Shown piece after piece: positions 11,187 to 23,000 of a stretch of DNA of 64,000 bases (its first letter is position 1; the number at the start of each line of letters is the position of its first letter). The notes beneath the pieces are model-generated. The model did no database searches and was not told the DNA's origin. It was given only the letters and a program-made list of their open reading frames with translations. Both the position numbers and the translations under genes were made by a program. This DNA comes from a virus (taxonomy: Duplodnaviria > Caudoviricetes), in IMG/VR virus record IMGVR_UViG_3300035208_004923, positions 192,001-256,000 of that record; one strand, written 5' to 3'.

Positions 11187-14100
11187 TTATAGTTTCTTCA
11201 ATGAACTTTTATTAATGTTTTGAGAAGACGATTGTATTGATGTTGTTGCAGTAGTACTTACCTTTTCTGTTACTGTTGTTTTTGCGTATTTAGCAGTTAC
11301 ATCAACATCAAATGAAAATGCTGTTTCATTTAACATATAGATATCTAATCCGATTCGTTTTTCATATGTTAAGTTTATATTTGAATCCGAATTTATGTCA
11401 GCAGACCAACCGCCAACAAATCCTTTATCCATTTCATCATGAAAATCTGTCATTCTGTATTGGAAATAAATTGGTATTTGAATAGTTGAACTATCATTTG
11501 CTTTTACAATTTTCTTTGCTCTAAAATCGGTTCCATCGACTAATAATTGGTCGAATGTTGCAGGCCCAACGAATAAATACGCGCCACATGTTTGTCTTCC
11601 TATCAAATATCTGTCATGCGGATAAAAACCTAATTTATCAGGATAACCGTATGCATGTGGAAATTCACCGCCTTGCGTATAACTTTCTGTACTCATCATG
11701 AATGTTAATTGTTTTGTACCGTTGTCTTTTGATGCGTCAACATTAAAATTGTAAGCATGTTTAAATGCAGATGCGCGTAACGGTCCTGACCAATTTCCTG
11801 TTGTCCAATCATAACCAATTTGTGGCGTCATGTAACTTCCGTTAAAAGATAATGTAGATGATGTATTCCACTCGCTTGGTGTTGATTTTTGCAATATAGG
11901 ACATTTGGTATGAATACAAAATTCTGTTAATTTACCACCACCCGTAGGTGTTGTTGTGATATCTTTTGTAGTATCCCAAATCCACGATTTTGCTGTTCCT
12001 GTTGCTTGTGTAGGAATTAATGCTCTATCTGCAGTTGTTGTAGGCTCTATGTACAAATCATTTATTAAACCTATGTCTTTATAACGTAAATACATGAATT
12101 GTGATTTCAATTGGCCAGAAGATAATACAGCACTTCTAATATTACTGTTACTACTGTTAGGATTACATTCATCAGGACTTAATGACATGTTACAAATTGG
12201 AACCATATCATATTTACGTTTTACAAAATAATCATATACATCAGGTGATGATGTATTATAAGAAGGAGTTGCAACACGCGTACTTTCTAATTTTTCACCT
12301 AGGCCACCTGGGAATCTAGAAATTAATTCTAAATTTGTTCCACCTGTGTTTGATAATTGAATAACATATTTTTTTGTAATGATTGCACCCTTTTGTTCAG
12401 ATGCAGCCAATTTTGCAATTTCATCAACGTAATAGCCTGCAAATAATTTAATGCTTGAACCATTTGATAAGCTAACAGCATTACCAGTTTCATCAATAAT
12501 TTTTACATCAAGTGTTGGACCTATATTATTTAATTGGTCTTGCAATTGTTTTATAAGTAAATCTTGCGATTTCAATTTTTCGTATAGACTAATTATCATG
12601 CCAGCAGTATCAAAGAAACCTGAATTAATGGTATCTGCGTGATGTGGCCAATATTGATTTCCTGTTTGTGTTGCTGATGATAAATGCAAATCTAAACCTT
12701 GAGCATTTAATGTTTCTTGAAATTTAACACGTGTTTCTTCAGCAGCAGCATTTGATAATGCAACTTGTGCTTCATCATTTTTCAATAATTCAATTGGAAA
12801 ATCTTCTGTTAAAACATTTGACCACCCAGAAAGTATTGGATTTAATGGCCAACCTGCTTCAGATATTGCACGAACTTTTATTTCAACTTTTTCACCCTTT
12901 GTGATAGGTATATCTATTTGGTTTATATTTTCAACTTCAGGGTCTTCAATATTTTCTGCTTTCCATTTATAATTGCCATCAACAGGATCATAGTATTTTT
13001 TTCTAACTGGTGATTTGACAAAATTCCATGGTGAGAAAGTTCCACGTTTCACTTGGTTATTTGCACTTGTAAATGAAAATTGCTGTGCTTGTGAAGGCGT
13101 GCCATCTAATTTTAAATATCTGTATGCATATTCAAATTGTATAATGTTTTGTTCTCCAGTATCAGTATTATGTACAGCACTTGGAATATCAAAGAATCCT
13201 CTTATTCGATATTTAGGTTTATCTAATGTTGCAGGATCATCTTTTGTGATTGATGTTAACTCTGCAATTGTTGATGCGTATAATGCTGATTTTGATGTCT
13301 TATCTCTAATTGCAGCATCAAGTGAGTTTTTTACCGCACGTCTTTCAGCTTCTGTTTTAAATTTAGTATTACCTAGAACTTGTTTTTTATCAGATATTGA
13401 TTTTTCAAGTTGTGCAATTTCAGATGCTAATTTAACTTTATCTGCACCTTTTTTACGAATATCATCAAGTTCTTTTGTACTAAATATATGCGAATTTACT
13501 TGAACTACTTGAAAATTACCAGCAGTTAATGTAGGTGTGTTTGGCACTTCTCCATATACAGCAGGTATTGGATTTTCTTTTGCTGCTCCGATAATTACTT
13601 TACCAAAATCAGTTACATTTTTTTGATAATATTCATATAATGTTTGTTCGCCTGATGTTGTAATAATTTTCAAATCATTAGTAAAAAAAGCAGTTCCTTT
13701 TGACCATTCTGTTGAAAGTAAATAATTTTCATCATCAATAGATTTGAAGAACACAACTTGTCTTTCACCATAACCCACAGGTATATCTGCTTGTTTTGCT
13801 GCTTGCGCATCAGAATATAATGCTAAAATATCTGCTCCAATTGAAATAGGATCATATCCATTTACGTTTTTTAATGTAACAGAATTTGTTGAAACATCAA
13901 CTGATGTTATTTCATATATTGAGTTTTTAACTATAAATTGATTGCCTGTTGCTAACGTTAGATTATTACTAATAGTTGATAAGTTATCAGAATACATCAA
14001 TGTATTTAGATAATATTTTCTATCAGTTGATACAACACCTGTAGATGAAGTTATGTTAACATCTTTAATGTTTATAACATCAAAAGAACCATGATATCTT

Positions 14101-14726
14101 AAAATAGATAAAGGTAATTCTCTTATGTCTTCATCATCAACATATGTAATGCCATTTTTTGTTGCCCAAGAAATTAATTCATCAAGAACAATATCATTTC
14201 TTCCTTTTACATTTTCATTAAACAATGTAATTTTTGCATCAGAATCAGGCGTTAATATAATTCTTTTTGATTGAATTCTTTTTGCATTTTGTGGCACATA
14301 CTTTGAAATATCAACACTTATATAAAGTAATGGGTTCAAGAAATTTTCAAAAAACCAATTAGGTTTTATTCTAAAATATAATGGTGTGTCTACTTGCGTA
14401 ATTTTTGCAGGTTCTTTTGATACTTTTGCTTGATAAATTCTACTCCATGTGCCATCAGAATTTCTAACGATACTTTGTCCGGTATCATTTAATCCAAGCA
14501 TAGTTTGTAATGTATTATCAATTCTATCCATATATGACTTCATGAATTTGTATGAAGGCATATTGTAAAGTATCTTATTACCATTTACGTCACTTAATTC
14601 AAAAGAAATAGATTCAGAGTCTGTTGTAACTGATTCACTAACTTTTTGCATTATCAGAAATGCGTTATTTTGCAAAACGATAAAATTTTGTATAAGTTCT
14701 GAAAATGAATTTTGAGATGTATTCAT
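11187..14726 (-). CDS. Large putative virion structural protein with coiled coils and Fn3-like segment
   Basis: 1179 aa; coiled coil (KLASEIAQLEKSISDKK); EIKVRAISEAG...SGWS Fn3-like motif. Confidence 0.55.
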   Translation of the reverse strand: MNTSQNSFSELIQNFIVLQNNAFLIMQKVSESVTTDSESISFELSDVNGNKILYNMPSYKFMKSYMDRIDNTLQTMLGLNDTGQSIVRNSDGTWSRIYQAKVSKEPAKITQVDTPLYFRIKPNWFFENFLNPLLYISVDISKYVPQNAKRIQSKRIILTPDSDAKITLFNENVKGRNDIVLDELISWATKNGITYVDDEDIRELPLSILRYHGSFDVINIKDVNITSSTGVVSTDRKYYLNTLMYSDNLSTISNNLTLATGNQFIVKNSIYEITSVDVSTNSVTLKNVNGYDPISIGADILALYSDAQAAKQADIPVGYGERQVVFFKSIDDENYLLSTEWSKGTAFFTNDLKIITTSGEQTLYEYYQKNVTDFGKVIIGAAKENPIPAVYGEVPNTPTLTAGNFQVVQVNSHIFSTKELDDIRKKGADKVKLASEIAQLEKSISDKKQVLGNTKFKTEAERRAVKNSLDAAIRDKTSKSALYASTIAELTSITKDDPATLDKPKYRIRGFFDIPSAVHNTDTGEQNIIQFEYAYRYLKLDGTPSQAQQFSFTSANNQVKRGTFSPWNFVKSPVRKKYYDPVDGNYKWKAENIEDPEVENINQIDIPITKGEKVEIKVRAISEAGWPLNPILSGWSNVLTEDFPIELLKNDEAQVALSNAAAEETRVKFQETLNAQGLDLHLSSATQTGNQYWPHHADTINSGFFDTAGMIISLYEKLKSQDLLIKQLQDQLNNIGPTLDVKIIDETGNAVSLSNGSSIKLFAGYYVDEIAKLAASEQKGAIITKKYVIQLSNTGGTNLELISRFPGGLGEKLESTRVATPSYNTSSPDVYDYFVKRKYDMVPICNMSLSPDECNPNSSNSNIRSAVLSSGQLKSQFMYLRYKDIGLINDLYIEPTTTADRALIPTQATGTAKSWIWDTTKDITTTPTGGGKLTEFCIHTKCPILQKSTPSEWNTSSTLSFNGSYMTPQIGYDWTTGNWSGPLRASAFKHAYNFNVDASKDNGTKQLTFMMSTESYTQGGEFPHAYGYPDKLGFYPHDRYLIGRQTCGAYLFVGPATFDQLLVDGTDFRAKKIVKANDSSTIQIPIYFQYRMTDFHDEMDKGFVGGWSADINSDSNINLTYEKRIGLDIYMLNETAFSFDVDVTAKYAKTTVTEKVSTTATTSIQSSSQNINKSSLKKL

Positions 14727-14743
14727 ATATAGTTTGTTTATTT

Positions 14744-16972
14744 TTAAAATATATCAGTTACGAATTTTAAATTATCTGCATCAATACAGATAAGTTCAAT
14801 CACCGGTTTATTATTTCTTATGGTAAATTGGTCATACGTAATAATTGCTGCTTGTGTATTGTATTTATAACCAGTGTTTAATTTGTCTAATGCATCAGTA
14901 TAAATGAAAAGATTAAATGTGCCATTTTCATTATCCATATTTAAACCGTTTTCAAAACTGATTCTTAATTTTTGCCCAACTTCCCATTTATTATTTGTAT
15001 CATCAGCATACATGTAAATATCTCTATCAATTAATAATGGGGTACCATAAGTACCGTCTGATATTCTTATGTAATTATCGAATGTTACAAGAGGATGAAT
15101 GTACTTATACAATTTTGCCAACATTGTAAAATCTGTGCCTATTTGAATAACCGGTTTTGCTCCTATGTTAAATCCTTGTCTTGTATTTGCAATTGTAACG
15201 TATGAGCCTGTACTTCTATCAATGTTTATTCCTGCACCTTGTTTAATAGAATCAAGGTTATATGACATTTGAACTGAAGTATAATTTTTGTAAATGTTAG
15301 TTATTTCTTCATAGTTTTTATTCAATAAAGCAACTAAATTTTCATTATTTAGCATAACGGCTGCAGCATCGTCTAATTGTTTTTGTATAGAGTCGATTTG
15401 CGCAGATAAATCGTCGTACGTTTGTTGTCCGTAAATTAAACTTTTTATTTGGTCAAGTTCAGTTAAAACATCTTTGTATGTTGATATGTGTGCAGTTAAA
15501 AGATCATTAGAATTACGCATTTCAGATAAAGCATCTAAGTATAAATGCAATGAATATGTATTATAATCATTTATCGAAATTTCAACAGCAGGATCTTGTG
15601 CAGTTACATCATAACGTATGTTAAGTTTAAACGCATATGCATTTCCGTTTTGTTGTAAAATAGTATCAGGCTTGTATTTTGTAATTGGCTGCATATAACT
15701 GCTAACGCCAGGAACAGTATCAATGTTATCTAAAAATAATACTCCAAAAAGATTTGTTACGTAATCAGATGGATTATCTTCATTATATACATCGTAATAA
15801 ACAAGTACAGTATTGAAACTGAATGATTCTGCATAAGCTGATGCATTATATTCACCTAGATTTTTTATATCTGAACTTGTTGCAATTTTATTGTAAACAG
15901 AAGGTTGAAATTCTAATGAAATACCGTCTAATCTATTTCTAATGAATTTGATATTTTGAAATTCCTCAGTATCGTTAGGATTTTGTCCAATTGCAAATAT
16001 ATCATTTTGTGCGTTATTAAAAGTAACTGGCTCAAGGTGATATGTATCTTTGTCTGCTGTTGGAAACCACCATTTAAAATCAGGTGCTGTTGAATCAACC
16101 CATACCATTGATACTGGATTAAAGTACCAACAAGCTGCATCTGCAACATTAAAATTATCTAATGAATCATAGTGTGCATTTATTCTTAAACCCGCAGGGT
16201 GTACATCATCAACAGATCTTCCATAAATAACCCCATCATTTAATGGGTCAACTGGAAGATTTTTGAAAATCATGTCTTCCTTGTAATTATTGTCTGATAT
16301 TGCATTAAACAAAACATCACGAGTAGAACCGTGATTTGTAGGTATATGCACATATACTTCAGAATATGAATTTGCGGGGTTTTTAACAGAATTTATAACG
16401 TTAATATTGCCAATGTATTTTACAACGCGTTCGTATATAAAATTACCGTTTGCATCATATGTTTCATCTTCTTCAACATATCGTGCACCGAATGCAGTAC
16501 CATTAGATGAATTTACCGCTAATTCATTTGAATTAGCTTGTCTAAATCGTATTGCACCAATTTCTTTAAGCCATTTAAAAAATACACGTTCCGATACAGT
16601 TCGTGGGTTATCAATCGTATACGTATCTTCTGCTGTTATTAAAGTTTCTAGGTTATAGTAATAATTTTGAAAACTTTCAGCAAATGTATTATTATTTTCA
16701 ACCGAATCCATCATATCAGCATAAAATTTATATGCTGCTGCAGGTGTATCTAATTGAATGTGATTAGGTTTAGGCATTGCCGTGTTTCCAAAATCAGCAT
16801 TCGAATATCGTAATCTTTTTAGTTCAGGCAATTTCAATAAAGAAAAGTTACTGAATCTAAACTTATTTTTTGATTCGGATAATGTTAATTGCAAATCTTC
16901 AGCTGCAGATGAACATGTGTAAAACGTGCCACCTTGTGTTTTGATTGGCTTTATAAAAGGAGCAATCTTCAT
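14744..16972 (-). CDS. Putative virion structural protein
   Basis: 742 aa, C-terminal coiled coil, in late operon. Confidence 0.5.
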   Translation of the reverse strand: MKIAPFIKPIKTQGGTFYTCSSAAEDLQLTLSESKNKFRFSNFSLLKLPELKRLRYSNADFGNTAMPKPNHIQLDTPAAAYKFYADMMDSVENNNTFAESFQNYYYNLETLITAEDTYTIDNPRTVSERVFFKWLKEIGAIRFRQANSNELAVNSSNGTAFGARYVEEDETYDANGNFIYERVVKYIGNINVINSVKNPANSYSEVYVHIPTNHGSTRDVLFNAISDNNYKEDMIFKNLPVDPLNDGVIYGRSVDDVHPAGLRINAHYDSLDNFNVADAACWYFNPVSMVWVDSTAPDFKWWFPTADKDTYHLEPVTFNNAQNDIFAIGQNPNDTEEFQNIKFIRNRLDGISLEFQPSVYNKIATSSDIKNLGEYNASAYAESFSFNTVLVYYDVYNEDNPSDYVTNLFGVLFLDNIDTVPGVSSYMQPITKYKPDTILQQNGNAYAFKLNIRYDVTAQDPAVEISINDYNTYSLHLYLDALSEMRNSNDLLTAHISTYKDVLTELDQIKSLIYGQQTYDDLSAQIDSIQKQLDDAAAVMLNNENLVALLNKNYEEITNIYKNYTSVQMSYNLDSIKQGAGINIDRSTGSYVTIANTRQGFNIGAKPVIQIGTDFTMLAKLYKYIHPLVTFDNYIRISDGTYGTPLLIDRDIYMYADDTNNKWEVGQKLRISFENGLNMDNENGTFNLFIYTDALDKLNTGYKYNTQAAIITYDQFTIRNNKPVIELICIDADNLKFVTDIF

Positions 16973-16994
16973 ATCTTACTTTTGTTTATTTTAA

Positions 16995-17720
16995 TTAAAT
17001 TGTAACTTGAGATAAATCAGTAATACCAGCAACAGATATTACTTCCCATGCATTAGTTGCACTTGCGAATTGTAAAATCAATTTCAATTTACCTAAAATT
17101 GTTGGCGTAGCACTTATTGTTGCAATTGTAGTTCCTACTGCATTTTTCAATGTTAATGCGCCACTAGCAAATGTACCTGGGACATTATGTAAAATCAAAA
17201 TTTGTCCATCAACGCCATTTTCGATTGTTGCTTGTGTTGTTGTGTTCCAAGTAATTGATGCTGTTGATGATCCTGTTGATACTAATGGCGATTCTGGTGT
17301 AGGATTAACTGATGTTCTACGAGATACTATTAAAGCATCACCAAATAATGTTTTTATTCCTACAGTTAATGCTTTATCTGCACCGCTTAAATTGACATTA
17401 CTAGAAAAATTTGTTACATCATTAATATTCACTATGCTATTAACAGTTACCGATGTAGTTTGGCCAATTGTTCCTAATGTTAAGTTACCTGCAATAACGC
17501 CAGTTCCTTCACAGTTAAAGATAACATCTGTAATTGGACGAGAATATTTTTTAATTAAAGTTGTCCCAATAGTTAATGATCCACCTGTTGTTGATGTATT
17601 TAAAAATGTTTCAATTTTATTTGCCTCGTCAGCTAAAATTTTAAAGTTTGATGCAATGTCAGGACGAGAAGATGCCATATTATCGCTACCAAGAATGTCT
17701 TTTATCACTATTTGTGCCAT
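16995..17720 (-). CDS. Short fibre/appendage-like structural protein
   Basis: T/S/G-rich; N-terminus (KDILGSD...IASNF) resembles that of the fibre at 2461..5025. Confidence 0.5.
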   Translation of the reverse strand: MAQIVIKDILGSDNMASSRPDIASNFKILADEANKIETFLNTSTTGGSLTIGTTLIKKYSRPITDVIFNCEGTGVIAGNLTLGTIGQTTSVTVNSIVNINDVTNFSSNVNLSGADKALTVGIKTLFGDALIVSRRTSVNPTPESPLVSTGSSTASITWNTTTQATIENGVDGQILILHNVPGTFASGALTLKNAVGTTIATISATPTILGKLKLILQFASATNAWEVISVAGITDLSQVTI

Positions 17721-17738
17721 GATGTATATTATTTTTAT

Positions 17739-17749
17739 TTTATATATTC
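17739..17749 (-). promoter_or_regulatory. Late-type promoter GAATATATAAA
   Basis: Exact motif upstream of 17720. Confidence 0.65.
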
Positions 17750-17770
17750 CTTAAAATTTTTATTCTAATT

Positions 17771-18466
17771 TTAAGATTGCAAATTTGCAATTGCATGAGC
17801 AGCATTAACAAGTGCCATTACGTCAGCTTCACAATATTTTACAATATCGTTAATTCTGCCAGCGTAAAAATATGCATGCACCATTGTACCGTCCATTTCT
17901 GATTTAGGGCTAGGAACACCTAAAGAATATGCCATTTCATCAAATGTAACTGATTCGTAAGATGAACTTTTCCAAAACTCCATTAAATCTAAACATGTTA
18001 TATCCCATGGTTTTTTGTTATACGTTGAAATGTTGCCAGATGGCACAATTCCATTCATACACATTTTTTTGAACACCCAAGGAATATCGAACGATTTTAT
18101 ATTATAGCCGCATAAAGTTAAGTTAACAGAATGCACTTGGTCGAATACTTTTTTTGCTTCTTTAATCAATAAAGATTCATCTTCATTTTTTATACTGCCG
18201 AGTTTTAGTGAGCCGTCAGTATTATAATATGCGTATGATATACATACAATTCTGCCATATTCTGCAATTAATGATGCATTCTTTTGATAGCATTCATCTA
18301 CAGTTCCAGTCCATTGTAAATCGTTTGGATTTTGTTTTTGTTTACGTTTTACTTTTCCTTCGAATAAGTGTGCACCTCTTTCATCGTTTTTTGAAAAAGA
18401 ATTAAAATCAGAATATTTGCCCGCTGTTTCGATATCCCAATAAAAAAGTTTGTTTGCGTTAATCAT
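17771..18466 (-). CDS. 3'-5' exonuclease (DnaQ/PolB-exo, RNase H-like fold)
   Basis: ExoI WDIETAG, ExoII GYNIKSFDIP, ExoIII YCEADV. Confidence 0.85.
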   Translation of the reverse strand: MINANKLFYWDIETAGKYSDFNSFSKNDERGAHLFEGKVKRKQKQNPNDLQWTGTVDECYQKNASLIAEYGRIVCISYAYYNTDGSLKLGSIKNEDESLLIKEAKKVFDQVHSVNLTLCGYNIKSFDIPWVFKKMCMNGIVPSGNISTYNKKPWDITCLDLMEFWKSSSYESVTFDEMAYSLGVPSPKSEMDGTMVHAYFYAGRINDIVKYCEADVMALVNAAHAIANLQS

Positions 18467-18504
18467 TGTTAGAAATTTAAAGATTCTTATATAGTTAGTT
18501 ATAA

Positions 18505-18532
18505 ATTATATACATAATAAAAAAATAGTTTA
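18505..18532 (-). promoter_or_regulatory. Class-2 promoter TAAACT-N13-GTATATAAT
   Basis: Bipartite motif with fixed 13-nt spacer, seen at least 7 times. Confidence 0.6.
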
Positions 18533-18555
18533 TTTAAAAGTTTTTCTTCAAAAAT

Positions 18556-18583
18556 GAAACTATTTCTGAAATCTGAATATAAT
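18556..18583 (+). promoter_or_regulatory. Class-2-like promoter GAAACT-N13-GAATATAAT facing a non-coding repeat element
   Basis: Same spacing as class-2 promoters; divergent from the exonuclease promoter. Confidence 0.4.
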
Positions 18584-18619
18584 AATTACTCAATTTCGGT
18601 AAGGGTAGTATAGTAGTAG

Positions 18620-18718
18620 GTAGACTAAATACTCAGGTAAACTCAGGTTATTCTCAGTTTACTTTAATTATACATTTCTATAGGTAAAAACTCAGGTTAT
18701 TCTCAGTCGCTAGTCTAC
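18620..18718. repeat. Intergenic repeat element: two exact 20-nt direct repeats inside an 8-nt inverted repeat
   Basis: AAACTCAGGTTATTCTCAGT at 18639-18658 and 18688-18707; GTAGACTA (18620) and TAGTCTAC (18711). Confidence 0.8.
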
Positions 18719-18723
18719 ACTAG

Positions 18724-19281
18724 TTAAACTTTTACTGTATTAATTGAAACATTAGGTATTGATTCTTCTAATGATTTAGCCATTTGCAGATTCTCTGCAT
18801 TATCATCAAAAAAGGTTAAATCTTTATAGCCTTGTTTAATCAATCTTATAATAGCTTCCTGTTTTCGTTCTGCAGTACTACCTTGTAAATTCCATTTAGG
18901 ATCTCCAATTGCAATTACCAATTGTGGAAGAATATCAATTTTATGATATAGAAAAAATTCTCTAATCATATCAGATTTTTGTCTAGCAGTAAGTATACAT
19001 ATGTGTGTGCCTTTTTGGTATTCGTGTTTAAGCAATAACATGTATTTTGTTAATTTGGATTTTCGTAATATGCCATAATCCTGGAAATCATCAAAGTTCA
19101 ATATTCTGCCTTCCTTTTCAACATACGTATTATATTCTGCAGGTGTTAATTCTTTAACCAAACTACCAGTTGCCGCATCCATTACTTTAATTTTTGCTTT
19201 ACTTATGACTAACGTGTCATCTAAATCAAATATCATTAATTTATCAGAACTTTTCCCTTTTATGTTAAATCCTTCGTTCAT
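18724..19281 (-). CDS. HAD-superfamily phosphatase (PNK-3'-phosphatase/RNA-repair-type HAD)
   Basis: IFDLDDTL, ILTAR, K, FFDD motifs. Confidence 0.75.
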   Translation of the reverse strand: MNEGFNIKGKSSDKLMIFDLDDTLVISKAKIKVMDAATGSLVKELTPAEYNTYVEKEGRILNFDDFQDYGILRKSKLTKYMLLLKHEYQKGTHICILTARQKSDMIREFFLYHKIDILPQLVIAIGDPKWNLQGSTAERKQEAIIRLIKQGYKDLTFFDDNAENLQMAKSLEESIPNVSINTVKV

Positions 19282-19283
19282 TA

Positions 19284-20003
19284 TTAAATAGTTTTAAATG
19301 TTAATGATGGACTATAAATAGAACAATCATTTTCGTAATTTGCAAGTACTCTAATTTCATATGTTTCATCATAATCTAAATTATCGAAATGATATTTAGA
19401 TTCAGTTATATTTTCAATATATATCCATTCAGAATTTGCGGTATATAATTTTTTTCTGTATGATAGATTAAACGATACTGCATTTGTATTTTCATTTGTA
19501 AAATAAAAATCCAAAGAAACTGTGTTTGATGATCTTACAAGATTTGTTACATACAAATTATTTGGATAGTTTTTATTTAACGAATCGCTAATTATATATG
19601 CAAAATTGCACTTTAACAATTCATCAGCATCACTGTTTGCAATGTCTGTATTTGATAATACAGATATAAAAGTTGATATAGTATCAGTTGTTACATTAGT
19701 AACTTTTAGTACTACATCGTTTTCAGCATTAATATTAGGAAGTGTTTTATTACGAAATGCACATAATATTTCCTGTCCTATAAAAATTCTATTAGGCAAT
19801 ACATTAGAATTGCCATTGACATAATCTCCGGTAACTGTCAATAAATAACTTTTAACATTTTTTGGTACACCTGATGGACCTGTGACAGGTTGTTCTGTTA
19901 CAATTGAAACTGCAATGTCTAAATCATTCGCATTAATTAAACCGATGTTGCCATCACTATTAGCATTTTCAATAATAGTATATAAGTCGCCAATTTTTCT
20001 CAT
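19284..20003 (-). CDS. Fn3-domain structural protein
   Basis: C-terminal LDYDETYEIRVLANY...S Fn3 signature; TAATG coupling to upstream gene. Confidence 0.55.
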   Translation of the reverse strand: MRKIGDLYTIIENANSDGNIGLINANDLDIAVSIVTEQPVTGPSGVPKNVKSYLLTVTGDYVNGNSNVLPNRIFIGQEILCAFRNKTLPNINAENDVVLKVTNVTTDTISTFISVLSNTDIANSDADELLKCNFAYIISDSLNKNYPNNLYVTNLVRSSNTVSLDFYFTNENTNAVSFNLSYRKKLYTANSEWIYIENITESKYHFDNLDYDETYEIRVLANYENDCSIYSPSLTFKTI

Positions 20004-23000
20004 TATCGTACATTTATTAAACCTTGTTTTGTTGTTACTGCTGAGTTACCATTTATATCGAATATTTCTAATGATACATCATATGCACCTTCCTTTGTAA
20101 ACGTCCAAATTAAATGTTCCTTTGTAACTACGCATTCATCAAGTTTTGTTTCGTGATTTGTTATTGTCCATTTATATGAATTTTTACCAGCGATTTTTGA
20201 GTTCGTTGCAATAAAGAATAACGTTGTCATTCTTTTAATATTCATTATTGTTCTTGACGCAATTAAATCATCCCATGTAAATGGGCTTGTTATTGCATAA
20301 TCATATAATAATCTATATGCATCAGCATATCTCCAATCAACACTGTTTATTAAAGATGGAAATTTAGCATATATAGTATCATTTAAATCTGCTGGTTCAT
20401 AATACAAGAATTTGTTTGCATTTGAATTATAAACGTATCGTTCAGATGGAATTACTGAATAATCAACTTTTTCGGCAGGATACCAACCTTTATTATCGGT
20501 ATGGTCATAGCCAAATTCATAATATGCTCGTGCAACAGGATTCCAATTTGCATATTTATTATCTAAACCATATATGTATGGATTAACCCAATTGCTCCAA
20601 TTACCAACAGGATATGTATGACTATAATTTGGGTCTGCATATTTACCTAATACTCCATTTGCAAATTGTAAATATCCTAAATAGTATATGCCTTCGCCTT
20701 TTGCTGTTGCGTTTATTTTATAAGTTATCGGCGAACCTACTGCGGATAAAGAATATCTGAATCTTTGAAGACCTTCGTTTTCAGTTGAATTTAATTCATC
20801 AACAGCAGCGATAAACTGTTCTTCTAATGTGCCATTAACAGGTATTGTCTTAAATTCAAAAAATGGCAATTCATTGAATTGTATTCTGCCGTTAGGTTTA
20901 ACCATCATAATTTCAAATTCACATAATGGTGCTTTGTTATATTCTAACATATTCCAAGTCAAATGACTACAGTCATCCCATGTAACTTCATCGAAATTAT
21001 CCCATGTATATATGTCAGTACCGTATCTGTTACGTGCATAATCTTCATCAAAAGTAATATAACTCATGTCAAAATCAGGTGACATATAATATAATTCAGA
21101 ATGCGTATCATCCAATGTTAATAACGTATTGTCATTTTCAAATCCTATGTTTGTTACAAGTAATGAGAAAGATCCATCATTAATAATGTAATCGAATCTC
21201 CAATCATTACTATCATACGCAAATTGTGCATTATAAGGGTAATCATTAAAATTCAAGAAAACTGTATTAGCATTTTCGTTATTATCAATAAAGTGTCTAA
21301 GTTTTACTGTAAACGACCAATATTCATATGAAATTTCATTTGTTGAACCTACCATAATGCCCATGTCATTATCAATTTCGATAACATCAAGTATTGTATT
21401 TGTGCCATCATATCGAATATGCTGAACATGCAATGATTGCTCTATAGGACCATAAGAAGTATTAGAAATAACTTTAATTATTGAAAACCCTGGTATTAAT
21501 TCATCGTAAGTAACGTTATCAAAAATATCAGTTGCTATAAATGGTAATGTTACAGTTTTGGTTTCAGCATTGAATGCAAAATTTCCATTAGATATTGTTC
21601 TTAATTTGTAAACTTTGCCATATTCAGATTTAACTTTATTTATTGCAACATCAGTATTTATTGCAACAATGTTTGATGATTCTGCAACAGTACCTGTTAT
21701 TAGAATATTAGAAACAACTGGCACATTAATCGAATCTTGTTCAAAAATTGCATATTCGCCAACAGCAATACCTTCATTATTATTATTTACTTTTGAAATA
21801 TCACCTTCAATTAAAACAGTACCGCCAACTTCTCGAAGTAAATCCCAATTCGTATTCACCCCTCTAGGTATGCTATCACATACTACAGTTGTTTCGCCTT
21901 CGATTGAATAATCAGCAGATAATACACCGGCTCTGTATATGATTTCATCACTCCGTAAGTAAACAAAATCTTGTGGAATTCCATTAATTGCATTTCTTAA
22001 TTTTGGCGTAACATATTGTCCGTCACAAATAATAGTATTTAATGAAACTCTGGTAATATTACCAACGTAACGATCTTTTTCTGAAATTCTTATTATTTTT
22101 CTTTTTTGATTTTGTATGAAAGGTTTTTCTTGGTCTTTATATTTTGATATATCCAAGTCATCCCATGTTAATCCATCCAAGTCATCCCATGTTACATCAT
22201 TTGCAATTGCAGGATTTCTCCATTGGCAATTCATTTCATCCCAAGTAGTATTTGGTAATTCATCCCACGTAAGTACAGTATTTAAAGAACGGCCAAATGC
22301 AATAAAATCAACATTAGGCAATGAAACAATTAATGTTTTTCTTTTTCTAACTGAATGATTTGTCAAGTCATATAAAATACATGTGATATTATACTCGCCA
22401 ATGTATGGTAAGTCAACGTAGACATTTTTATATGTCGATATTTTGCCTCTTACGTTATATGTAAATTTGCCTTTTGTTGAATGTTCAACAAGCCATTCAA
22501 CTTCATACATTTCTTTTTGAGCAATATCGTCCCATGTGGTTGCTACTAAATCGTCCCATGTTACAGGACAATCGTCCCATGCAAGTATAAAGTCATTTAA
22601 TATCAATTCAGTTCTACACGCAATTGGTCCAGCATTATTTTTAAATGGTCCAGCATTCATAAAATTATTTAGGAATATGTCCTTTAGCGTAGATATATTT
22701 GTGTCATCAGATGGTTGTTCAACATTTGGTTCTCCATAGTTTTGAAGATCCGTTATTAAACCATCATTTGCATTTATTGCAAAGTCTACCGTATCATTTC
22801 TGTTAATTTCATATGCAACAACATCATCTTTCCAAATGTTTACTGCCCATCTATCGAAATAGATACCTTCGCCAACAATATCAATTATTCTTGCATTTAA
22901 TGGCATGAATTTATTTTTCAAATATTCACGTAATGCAAATAATTTTATGATAACTTCATCTTCACTGAACATGAAAGCATCTTCGGTAATTGGCATTCCA

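Noticed and set aside
18639-18707. CRISPR array
   Set aside because: Only two 20-nt non-palindromic repeats and no cas genes; kept as an unexplained repeat element
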